In this document: piece after piece, positions 45,875 to 57,800 of the stretch
Position numbering within the stretch: the stretch's first letter is position 1
Layout: the number at the start of each line of letters is the position of its first letter
Assembly (NCBI GenBank): GCA_946965045.2
Contig: OX337229.1
Span: forward strand, 4,154,001-4,218,000
DNA from: Epithemia pelagica
Lineage: Eukaryota; Protista; Bacillariophyta
DNA length: 64,000 bases
Direction: 5' to 3'
Notes under the pieces: generated by a model
The model's database searches: none
The model's input: the letters and a program-made list of their open reading frames with translations, nothing else
Told to the model about the DNA's origin: nothing
Made by a program: the position numbers and the translations under genes

Positions 45875-47275
45875 CCCTCGGTATCGGTGTCCACTGCTTA
45901 GCTGTTTTTTGTCTGTGCCACCTTCATAGGTTCCCAAGTGGACACAGACAGAAAATTTCACTTTTCGTCTGTCCTTTTCACCAATATGGTTCCTCGTGCT
46001 GGTGGAAATGCCGGCGTGCAAGTGACAGTTGGCGGTTAGCATCTTCCTATGACCGTGACCACGATTCAAATTTGGAATCCTTTCACACGACTCTCGTCTC
46101 GTCACAAAAATCTCACGCGGTGTCAAAAACATCGACATTGACCATGAAACGAGCTCTTTCCGAATCCTTGCGACCTGAAGCAGTATTTTGGTTGGTTTTT
46201 CTCTCTTGTTGCTTGTTGTTTGTCTCTTAGCTTCTTTCATGTCCTGCATAGTTTTCTCACACGTTATCTCATTAATCTTTGTCCCTGTTAATGTTAATGC
46301 TTGGTGCTCCTTTGATTTTGTCGCAATGAAATGGAGGACAAGTCATTGTAGGCCGTTTGCCACAACTTCTCCTTGCTTTAATCGTAGTGCTGTTTGATTG
46401 TTGGTTGGTTGTGTTCTTATTTTTGTAGCATGTTTTTTTACTCTTATCATTGCGCTTCGCCCATCTCCATGTCGACCACAGATCAAGAACCTTTCGTTGT
46501 GTGTCGGATACTCAAGTACCTAGACCTAGAGATGACGACAAACTGAGGCAGCTTGTTGCCACTAGGCCTACTCAAACTAGTCTTCATAGATCACAGAGTC
46601 GATCAGATATGCTTCAAGATGGCCTCAAACCTACACCAGAGTGTCATGGTTGTTGAAAGCACGGCAATAACACGCACGATCTTACAAAATCTATGAAAGA
46701 TTAGAACTAAACTTCTGATAGAAACTCCTAAAATACTCCTACAAAGAAATGAAGCTCTATGTGGTCTCCAATTTTAAGCCGAGGCTCGAATGGAGAATTG
46801 GCATTCCATAGGCACAAACATTCACTCTCAATGAAGTGGACAGAGAGAGAGACAGTTGTCGAATGTCGAATATCAGAAGAGAAAAACAAATACAAGTGTG
46901 AGGGAGAAGTTAGAATGACAGTACAAGAACTGTTGTTGTCATGGAAACATTTTTGTACGTTCAAACTTACCTCAATTGCATGAAAGGTGACAATTCATGC
47001 CATGCCATTGTGGGTGATGGCCTCTGTATGATTTTATGGGGGATTTGGATGGCGCATTCTGCAAAGATCAACCAACCGTCATCCACGCAGGGCCGCTTGC
47101 TGGGCATGCGTCTGATTCATGAACTGCGAAAACTCCAGCTGGGTATGCGTGCCAATTTGCAATTTAGTCATTTCCATTTGCGTCAAAAAGGAAATTTTCT
47201 GTCTGTGTCCACTTGGGAACCTATGAAGGTGGCACAGACAAAAAACAGCTAAGCAGTGGACACTGATACCGAGGG
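45875..47275. mobile_element. Non-autonomous TIR element C (1401 bp), probably TA-targeting
   Basis: 85-bp TIRs with 1 mismatch (45875-45959 and 47191-47275, CCCTCGGTATCRGTGTCCACTGCTTAGCTG...). Right flank TA, left flank AA. Confidence 0.78.
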
Positions 47276-47277
47276 TA

Positions 47278-49359
47278 TTATTCGCCATTATTTCCCCTCC
47301 ATATTGGTGAGGCGGCCAGACCAAATTTGGTCGCGTGTACTGGACACGTGCTAGGGAGAGCTTGCTCTAAAACAGGGTGGCTTTGCCAGCTCTCCAACTG
47401 CCAGCAAGCGGCCCTGCGTGGATGACGGTTGGTTGTTTCATAATGCCGGACAAGCACACAACACACAATCCTTTTCTCTTCCCAAGCACATCGCATTAAT
47501 GGCATTCCAGGTGAGCTTAATCCATTGCGGATTGCCATGACAATTACATTGCTCATGCTCACTCACACTTGTCGCTTTTGCTTGCTCTGCTCATTGGAGG
47601 AGAGTCTGCTCATGTGCTGTGTCTCTGGCTCAGCAGCTCATTACTTGCCATTGTTCATTTCTGTCGAAATGAGGGCCTGTGTCCAGGGAATGTGTTTTTG
47701 AGTTCTAAAATCGAGTTTCGAGTTTCGAGGTTGAGCCAATAGGTTATGGTCCCCTTGAAAACTCGAAAACACAACCTCGAATCCCCCAAATCTTGGCAAT
47801 CCCCCAACGACCTTGCCAAGATTCTGAAATCGAGTTTCGAGTTTCGAGGTTTGCAAAGAGCCCCACGCGCTCCTACAAAACCCACCTTTCAGCCGCCGGG
47901 CTCTCTGTCTCTCATTTCGATCTCTCCGACAACAACAACGAGGCAATCTCTCTTGTCCATCATAGACAATAGTACTCCTAGCACAATGATTGATGTGATA
48001 TAAGTAGGAGCTTCTCTAGAAAATAAGCAAGTATTATTAACCTGTCGCTGCCATGGAAGTAATGGTCACAACCACTGTCAATGGTCAAAAGCAAATAGTT
48101 CTCATCTCTCCATAGATGACATGGTTACGGAACAAAGCCCGCATCCTGCTCCATGGACGGGCTCTACAAATATTCTACCTTCTCCCGTTATGCAATGTGA
48201 TATTAGGAATTAGGAGTACTCAAGCGACATTTGTTTGTCGTCATTGTCAATTGCCGTTGTGCTCGTTCATGCGCCGGTAGGGGGGAAGCATGGGAGTGCA
48301 CGAGTATTGAAAAATAATACTCGAAACTCAAAACTCGAAAATACAGTTTTTACCTGGACACGTACATCCAGATCGTTGTTTCAAGGTAGGGACAGAGCCC
48401 CACCTCAAAACTCGAAACTCAATTTCAGACCTCGAAAACACATTCCCTGGACACAGGGCCTGAGACCCATAACTTTCATTGCATATCCACAGACTATAAA
48501 CCTTCTTTTCTTTATTTCCTAGAAATAGAACTCAAGTGCTAGCCATCTATAGAGTTTAGTGCCTTCTGTTTTCGTGTTGTACATCTGTTTTCTGTTTGGA
48601 GCACGTCAATGACCCTCAGTTGCACCATGAACACATGACAGAGCAGCTCTTACAAGCTTGTACAGCTACAAATTGAATCATTTGCTGTTTGACTCTCGAT
48701 CTAGGAGCTGATAATTAGAAAGTAGGGTGTGGGAGGAGCAAGATGGAGCCATCTACTTGAAGCAAAAACAACAAAATGTTTGGTCGTTGAGAAATGATTG
48801 AGAATGATGCTACAATATGAATAGTGAATCATCTATCCTACAGAAGACATGAAAGTAACAAACCAGCCAACAATCAAACAACAAAAGAATTACAAGAAGG
48901 GGAAAGGAAAAGATATTCCACTCGACCATAAGCAGCTTATACCTAGTCTACTCGTACAACATGAGACAAAACCAAAGGATCATGCATGAACAAAAGGAAA
49001 GATTGCAGCAGTGATGAGTAAGAAGAAAGAAAAGGAGACAACAAGATTAGAAATAAGCAGCAGTAGTGAGAAGTTAGAAGTGATTCAGCCCAGCATGATC
49101 CGTCCATGGTTCTTACCTCACGTCATGGTCAAGCATTTGCCAGGGTTTTGGGTTTTGTGACAGACGAGAGCGAGAGGGTTGTCCAAATTTATGAGCATTC
49201 GTCTCAAACAAGGACGCAAGCCGACCTTCATGTAACGGTGTTGGCAATTAGAGATACTTAGAGCTACCTGAAGCAGTGGCGGGCGACATTGAAAACAGGA
49301 TAGGGTTGGGGATTTGTCTGGCCGCCTCACCAATATGGAGGGGAAATAATGGCGAATAG
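47278..49359. mobile_element. Non-autonomous TA-flanked TIR element D (2082 bp including nested MITE), inverted relative of element C
   Basis: ~45-bp TIRs (YTATTCGCCATTATTTCCCCTCCATATTGGTGAGGCGGCCAGAC), TA at 47276-77 and 49360-61. Confidence 0.78.
47673..48460. mobile_element. PIF/Harbinger MITE family A, copy 2 (788 bp), nested in element D
   Basis: Nearly identical to 16948-17737. 3-bp TSD TGA (47670-72, 48461-63). Confidence 0.9.
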
Positions 49360-49618
49360 TACTCGTAATAATAGTATTGGTAGAATCTCCGGGAGTACAG
49401 ATCCGTGTCCCGTGGCCGTCGTCTTCGTGGCTACTAGGAATTCTACCTACCCACTACTCGTACCTGTCCCAATCGAAATCGAACCTTCCATAATATAATA
49501 GGAGTACTCCGAAACACTCTATCCTGCTCTAGACTTCTCTGTTCACATCCAGGTCCATAAAAACATCGACTCTGGACATCGGTAACTGGTCTAACAACAA
49601 CGTCCTTTCGAGAGAAAC

Positions 49619-49945
49619 ATGAAGCTGTCAACTCATCAACCCCAGGACCTCATGCGTCAGACCTTGCCTAATGAAGATAACTTCAGAGGAGAAGGAGCTC
49701 GTTGTGATTCTTTGTCTTCCTCACAGCAACAAACTGCTATGAGACTCCTGTTCAGAAGTCCTTCGTGCAGCAACCCCAGAATTCCTGTTTCCAAGAAGGA
49801 AAATTTTTTATCAAACAAGGACTGGCTAGCGGCTGTCCTCCAAGAGGCACTAGATATTACGGATGGCTTGGATCTTGATCTGAGTTATTCTGGGAATGAT
49901 AATGGAAGTCCAACAAGGCCACAAGACAAGAGTCAAAACTTTTGA
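49619..49945 (+). CDS. Small hypothetical protein
   Basis: 108-aa ATG-initiated ORF with an amphipathic WLAAVLQEALDITD segment. No family recognised. Confidence 0.3.
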   Translation: MKLSTHQPQDLMRQTLPNEDNFRGEGARCDSLSSSQQQTAMRLLFRSPSCSNPRIPVSKKENFLSNKDWLAAVLQEALDITDGLDLDLSYSGNDNGSPTRPQDKSQNF

Positions 49946-51135
49946 TTTCTCTCTACTATTATGTTTTATCGACACGTTTTCGAGACGACTACATGATGCA
50001 TGACCGCTGTTTTTGTCGTTAGCCAAGTTTATGAGCTTGCCGGAGAGTCAATTGGCTCGGCACAAGCATATTACGTAAATGAATAGTCTGTATAATATAC
50101 TTAGAAGTAAGGTCGGTTGACTGCGCAGCTCTAAGTGTGGTCGAATTACCTTCCGCGGGATAAGGAGTTTAGAAGGATCGGGATAAGGATCCTTGCTGCA
50201 GGTTTCATTGGAGCCCGGGAGACCTCCAATCTCCACCTCCACCATGGTGAAGCTTTCGGAGAAGGTGGAAGAGTTTGCTTCCAGCAATGATCGATGATCC
50301 ATGAACGCGAACAACGGTGGTCGTGTTAGCTCGCTGTGCAGTCTTTCGTGTCGTGCAGTCTTGTGTGGGTTTCGTTGGGAGTTGGGAGGTATTAGAAAAA
50401 ATAATATGTGATATAAAAATGGTATGGTTTATTGAGTATACGACGCTACAAGTTTCCCTGTTCCCTTCGTACTATCAGTTCTCGTATTCCTCTCGGATTT
50501 CGGATCTGTGTTCCTTCTCCGATGGGACATTATTGTATTAGGAAGAGGAATCGGGTCTTACTCTTCAGTCTTCTGCCTCTGGCGGAAGTTGCTAGGTAGC
50601 AGGTAGCAGGCAGCTCACTTTTCTGCTTTCACTCTAAGCCTAAGCCCCCAAAGAGAATAGAGATGTTCGTTCTCTCTTGAGGTAGACTCTCCGTAGCTAC
50701 TCATACGAGTAAGACCTACTCCTAAGAGACACGGAGGTACTCGTAGGACAAGTAGTAGCAAGTAGCCAGTGCGAATTGCCAATTGCTTGTTCTGTTTCCG
50801 GAGTCAGCCGATGAAAGAGGATCGACAAATAATAATAATCGACAATTGATGACTGTTGATAGTTCTGGTTCGTAGTGTTCCGAATTCTGTATTCGAGTCG
50901 AAGCGCTCAACCTTCAACTACCTCTACTCGTACGAGTAGGTACCTACGGTAAGGATATGATTCAAGAGGTGTATATTTTCTGTCCTTCGCTCCTCCGCAA
51001 TTTTTCTCATTTCCTTTTTTTCATTCAAAGCGCCAGCCATGCCAAAACGCCAGCCCCACACCATTTCAAATCCAAACGCCAGCCATGCCATTTATTTCCA
51101 TTTGAAATAGTCTTTGATGGTCAACCACTCACTTT

Positions 51136-54114
51136 TTGAATAGTAGGACCATGACACAAACAGATTCCAGTCCAACCCATACCAATACCTTGGAGACGTC
51201 CTCCGATCCCAGTAATGCGTCCTGGAAAGCCACTCTCACCTTTTCTCGTGTGGAAGGAATCTCTGGCTCTATAGAGCTCTTCCAATTCACAAACAAACAG
51301 GAGTTTAGGCGATGCACACCAGCTTCGATTCCCAAAGTTGTGTTTGACAGAACACATTATTCAAATACAGAAGAAGGTTTGCAGCTACTGATTAAAGATC
51401 TGAAAAAGGCTGCTCTTCGAGAAGGAACCAATTTAGTGTCCCGTGGTGCTCGAGGCATGGAATTGCGATGCCACCGATGTCGACTCTATGCCAGTGCCAA
51501 GAAACAGTCCCTTGTAAACAATCCAGCACAAATACAGCAAACAAATACAAAGAATTTTGACAACAGAGGAATCAAGCTTAGGATCCGTTCACACACTTAC
51601 CACAGAGACAAAACAAATAACCGGGTTGGTGGGAGAACGTTATCTCGAAGTACAACAACAGGTCTGCCCACTACAAAAGAGTCTCTATGCTCAGTTTGCC
51701 TTAGGTTGGGGATAAAGGAGGGCGAGAATGGGTATATATATCTCAAACAAGCTTGTGGTGACAATATCCACGTCAATCATCCAAAACCACTCCCAAATGA
51801 GCTGTCACACCAAACGCGTCACCTCTGTCCAGCAGCACTGAAACTGATTCAGAGTGGTGGCAATGCTTCTGTTGGATCAACGTCAATGAGAAGTCTTGTC
51901 CTTGAACACCAGAACGAGTTGGTGTCGAAAGGTTCTGTTCGCTGCATACAAATGGTCCAGGATGATTCAGAGGGTGATGGAGAAAACTCCACAACAGCAG
52001 CCAAAATGGTAAAATGGTTGAGGTGCAAAGCTGCTGATCCAGCTGTCAATTTACACTATTGTTTCCTTACATGCAAGAAGAATAGTGGTACATTCCACAA
52101 ACATTCAAAGGGTCGTGTTCCCAAAGGGGGTCGAATTTCACTGTCTAAAGTTGAAGAGGCCATGACTCTTCCTCACATCCAGCTCGAGTATGTCACAAGA
52201 AAAGGAAATGAAGAAGAAGTCAACGCACCCATGGACGCAACTCCATATCAAGACAGAGACCTTATTACTAGTTCAAATCATTGTCTTGGGAATGACGGCC
52301 AGGTTTTACTTGGTGCTGCATGGGTCGACGACGCAAGTTATCAACAATTCCTTCGCTACCCCGAAGTGTTGTTTATTGATTCGACGCATAAAACCAACAA
52401 TGAAGCAAGGCCACTACTGCTTATCTGTGGTAGAGACCAAAATGGCAAAGCTTTTGTTGTGGCTAGGATCTTCATGCCGAATGAAACTATTGCATTTTAC
52501 AGATGGGTCTTTCTTAAATGCCTCCCTGCATTATTAGGTGAGCAGCATCTCTCCAGGGTTTGTTTACTCATCACTGATGGAGACTCTCAGGAATACGATG
52601 CTGCAGAAGAAGCTTGTCTGCTGTATTTCAAAAATGCCAAGAGAGCCCGGTGTATGTTCCATTTAGTTGAAAAATCGATTCAGAGGACTGTTCCAGTCAA
52701 TCTATTTGACTCGCCTGTCAAAAAGCTATACCTAAAAAAGGTGAAGAGATGGGTTTACTCCTGGGCTAATGGAACTTCCTGCTCTCGTGAGAGTCAATAT
52801 CTCTTTTCAAAGTCACTGCTTCTCCATGAATTGCAAGTCAATCAGTAGGTCAGATCTGCCCTAGGTTCATCAGCAATTGATTTCATATTGACCTGGTTAA
52901 ATTCGAAACTCTTCCCACATGAAAACACGTATGTGTTCTGGAAGAAGACATACATCAGATGTCTTGACGAATACATGAATAATTCAGCAGAAGCCATGAA
53001 CAAATCTTGCAAGAAATCTGACATTTCTGCTAAGCCCAACATGTCCATGGACAAAGCAGCCAACGCAATGTTGACATACACACAACTTCAAACCCGCGTC
53101 CGTCAAAGTACAGAGGCCAAAAATCTGTTGTCTACACCTCTTTTTGTGGACCCAACAGTCCACAATATACATGTTTTGGAAAAACTTTCCCAACATGGGC
53201 AACATCTTGTTCTCAATCAGTTTGTGGAGCGCAATAACTACACAGTTATGTGTACTTCTCAAAATACATGGCATGTTTTTCGAGACAATATTGATCTGTC
53301 ACCACATTCTGTCCTTGATATTCCAAGATTTTGGAATGTATGGAAGGTGCAAAAAGACAGCAATGGTGTGTTTGTTTGCCAATGTGGCTATAAGCATAGA
53401 TATGGCATTCCTTGTCGACACTTGTTCTCCATTGAACCTTGTTATGATCTTGACGACATTGATGTTCGATGGCACACTGATTTTGGATACTTTGCCTATC
53501 ATCCTCAAGCTGGACTTGAGAAACAGTTGACTCTTACTGCAGGTTCAGAGGAGAAAAACTTTGGTATCCGGTGCAAAAAAGCAGATGTCCCCACCTCAAG
53601 ACAATTCCCCTATGAAGTGAGTGGAAAGGGTGTTTGAATTCCCCAATTTCTTCAATTCTTGAACAGCCCACACGTTCTGTGTACAAACTACAAGGTCGAA
53701 GAATATCCTTCTCTTGCAGAATCTAATGTTGCATTTACACAAGAGTCCACAGCTCATGAAGATACTCTCTTCTCATTGGAGTGTGGGGCCATGCCCAGGG
53801 ACAACATGGATCCTACCAACGTGCTGATTGATGAAGATCCACAGCCAGCATTCAGCATCCTGACAGGCACTTCCGTAACTCAGGCACAACTCTTTACATT
53901 CTTCAAAGACATGCTCCCACTGTTCAATTGTCCATCATCTAGGCATAGACTCCTAGAATCACTTTCAGCCAACAGGACTGAACGGGAGATACAACTGAAG
54001 TCCAAAAAAAGAAATGTTGCGTCAGAAGGAAGCGATACCACATTGGTTTCAAGTAATGTTCCTTTTGATACGGCTCGAGAGTCTTATCAAAACACTTACC
54101 ACTTTAAAAGATGA
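51136..54114 (+). pseudogene. MULE transposase with SWIM finger; in-frame stops at 52846-48 (TAG) and 53635-37 (TGA)
   Basis: Three ORFs in one frame. YPEVLFIDSTHKTN, LITDGD and RCMFHL (MULE DDE domain); CQCGYKHRYGIPCRHL (SWIM). Confidence 0.9.
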
Positions 54115-54349
54115 TATTTAGTTATCCAATACAGCAAAGGCAAAACACTGCACTCCCTGTCCACCTCTACCCATTTTTGGGGCCATGTTTCCATTAGTGA
54201 ATACACACTTTGTCTCAAGATGCTTCAATTTTTCTTGAATACGTCTCTATGGAATCCAACAGGATGCTGGACAAGAGTCCACCAACTCTGGTGGGTGAGG
54301 AGGCTGACAGCTTGGCCTTTATCAGATCGACATTCTTTCCATGCTTGTC

Positions 54350-54818
54350 TCATTTCCTTGATTTCTGTTTCGACAGAAGAAGGTGCAATGGAAATGTCTG
54401 AACATTTGACAGCCATTCATCATCTGTGACCTTCATCTTCTCACAAAGATCAACAATCTCTTGACAACATCTTTTGCAAGAATAAGAACCACACCTCTCA
54501 CATCGAATGAACTCGGCGTTGCTTTCAATGTTGTATAAAGAAATTGTGCGCTTCCCTTTCTTTCCTTGTTGTTTCCTTTCCATGGAGGGGGGTGAACAGA
54601 AAATACAGTTATGATAAGCCATGATCAAGGACTAGATCACAACAAGGAGTGCCCTTGTCCTCTACACCAAAGCTAGAATAGAACCTGCTTTGGCGCTGAC
54701 AAATGGACAAACCAAGCTTGCAATCTTTCCTTGGCAATGGTCTCAAATCAGGGAGGATCGTAGAGTTTCCTCTTTTGCTTCTGAACCGAACTTTGAGCAC
54801 TTGATCGCTCCACACCAC
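54350..54818 (-). pseudogene. Remnant of a second, convergent Cys-rich gene inside the MULE
   Basis: HNCIFC...IRCERCGSYSCKRCCQEIV (CxxC pairs) and upstream KDCKLGLSIC...PCC in neighbouring frames. Its 5' part runs into the satellite. Confidence 0.4.
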
Positions 54819-57800
54819 TCTCTTCTACAGCTCAAGAGGAAGAGAATGAGCCACTTTGGACCTGATTTGGACAGATATTGATGAAGTTGGGACAGTTTGA
54901 GTGGCACTGACAATGGAGGAGTCAAATCAGGGAGGGTCAAATAGTTTCCTCTTTTGCTTCTGAACCGAACTTTGAGCACTTGATCGCTCCACACCACTCT
55001 CTTCTACAGCGCAAGAGGAAGAGAATGAGCCACTTTGGACCTGATTTGGACAGATATTGATGAAGTTGGGACAGTTTGAGTGGCACTGACAATGGAGGAG
55101 TCAAATCAGGGAGGGTCGAATAGTTTCCTCTTTTGCTTCTGAACCGAACTTTGAGCACTTGATCGCTCCACACCACTCTCTTCTACAGCGCAAGAGGAAG
55201 AGAATGAGCCACTTTGGACCTGATTTGGACAGATATTGATGAAGTTGGGACAGTTTGAGTGGCACTGACAATGGAGGAGTCAAATCAGGGAGGGTCAAAT
55301 AGTTTCCTCTTTTGCTTCTGAACCGAACTTTGAGCACTTGATCGCTCCACACCACTCTCTTCTACAGCGCAAGAGGAAGAGAATGAGCCACTTTGGACCT
55401 GATTTGGACAGATATTGATGAAGTTGGGACAGTTTGAGTGGCACTGACAATGGAGGAGTCAAATCAGGGAGGGTCAAATAGTTTCCTCTTTTGCTTCTGA
55501 ACCGAACTTTGAGCACTTGATCGCTCCACACCACTCTCTTCTACAGCGCAAGAGGAAGAGAATGAGCCACTTTGGACCTGATTTGGACAGATATTGATGA
55601 AGTTGGGACAGTTTGAGTGGCACTGACAATGGAGGAGTCAAATCAGGGAGGGTCGAATAGTTTCCTCTTTTGCTTCTGAACCGAACTTTGAGCACTTGAT
55701 CGCTCCACACCACTCTCTTCTACAGCGCAAGAGGAAGAGAATGAGCCACTTTGGACCTGATTTGGACAGATATTGATGAAGTTGGGACAGTTTGAGTGGC
55801 ACTGACAATGGTGAAGTCAAATCAGGGAGGGTCAAATAGTTTCCTCTTTTGCTTCTGAACCGAACTTTGAGCACTTGATCGCTCCACACCACTCTCTTCT
55901 ACAGCGCAAGAGGAAGAGAATGAGCCACTTTGGACCTGATTTGGACAGATATTGATGAAGTTGGGACAGTTTGAGTGGCACTGACAATGGTGGAGTCAAA
56001 TCAGGGAGGGTCGAATAGTTTCCTCTTTTGCTTCTGAACCGAACTTTGAGCACTTGATCGCTCCACACCACTCTCTTCTACAGCGCAAGAGGAAGAGAAT
56101 GAGCCACTTTGGACCTGATTTGGACAGATATTGATGAAGTTGGGACAGTTTGAGTGGCACTGACAATGGAGGAGTCAAATCAGGGAGGGTCAAATAGTTT
56201 CCTCTTTTGCTCCTGAACTGAACTTTGGGCACTTGATCGCTCCACACCACTCTCTTCTACAGCGCAAGAGGAAGAGAATGAGCCACTTTGGACCTGATTT
56301 GGACAGATATTGATGAAGTTGGGACAGTTTGAGTGGCACTGACAATGGAGGAGTCAAATCAGGGAGGGTCGAATAGTTTCCTCTTTTGCTTCTGAACCGA
56401 ACTTTGAGCACTTGATCGCTCCACACCACTCTCTTCTACAGCGCAAGAGGAAGAGAATGAGCCACTTTGGACCTGATTTGGACAGATATTGATGAAGTTG
56501 GGACAGTTTGAGTGGCACTGACAATGGAGGAGTCAAATCAGGGAGGGTCGAATAGTTTCCTCTTTTGCTTCTGAACCGAACTTTGAGCACTTGATCGCTC
56601 CACACCACTCTCTTCTACAGCGCAGGAGGAAGAGAATGAGCCACTTTGGACCTGATTTGGACAGATATTGATGAAGTTGGGACAGTTTGAGTGGCACTGA
56701 CAATGGAGGAGTCAAATCAGGGAGGGTCAAATAGTTTCCTCTTTTGCTTCTGAACCGAACTTTGAGCACTTGATCGCTCCACACCACTCTCTTCTACAGC
56801 GCAAGAGGAAGAGAATGAGCCACTTAGGACCTGATTTGGACAGATATTGATGAAGTTGGGACAGTTTGAGTGGCACTGACAATGGAGGAGTCAAATCAGG
56901 GAGGGTCAAATAGTTTTTCTTTTGCTCCTGAACTGAACTTTGGGCACTTGATCGCTCCACACCACTCTCTTCTACAGCGCAAGAGGAAGAGAATGAGCCA
57001 CTTTGGACCTGATTTGGACAGATATTGATGAAGTTGGGACAGTTTGAGTGGCACTGACAATGGAGGAGTCAAATCAGGGAGGGTCGAATAGTTTCCTCTT
57101 TTGCTTCTGAACCGAACTTTGAGCACTTGATCGCTCCACACCACTCTCTTCTACAGCGCAAGAGGAAGAGAATGAGCCACTTTGGACCTGATTTGGACAG
57201 ATATTGATGAAGTTGGGACAGTTTGAGTGGCACTGACAATGGAGGAGTCAAATCAGGGAGGGTCAAATAGTTTCCTCTTTTGCTTCTGAACCGAACTTTG
57301 AGCACTTGATCGCTCCACACCACTCTCTTCTACAGCGCAAGAGGAAGAGAATGAGCCACTTTGGACCTGATTTGGACAGATATTGATGAAGTTGGGACAG
57401 TTTGAGTGGCACTGACAATGGAGGAGTCAAATCAGGGAGGGTCGAATAGTTTCCTCTTTTGCTTCTGAACCGAACTTTGAGCACTTGATCGCTCCACACC
57501 ACTCTCTTCTACAGCGCAGGAGGAAGAGAATGAGCCACTTTGGACCTGATTTGGACAGATATTGATGAAGTTGGGACAGTTTGAGTGGCACTGACAATGG
57601 AGGAGTCAAATCAGGGAGGGTCAAATAGTTTCCTCTTTTGCTTCTGAACCGAACTTTGAGCACTTGATCGCTCCACACCACTCTCTTCTACAGCGCAAGA
57701 GGAAGAGAATGAGCCACTTAGGACCTGATTTGGACAGATATTGATGAAGTTGGGACAGTTTGAGTGGCACTGACAATGGAGGAGTCAAATCAGGGAGGGT

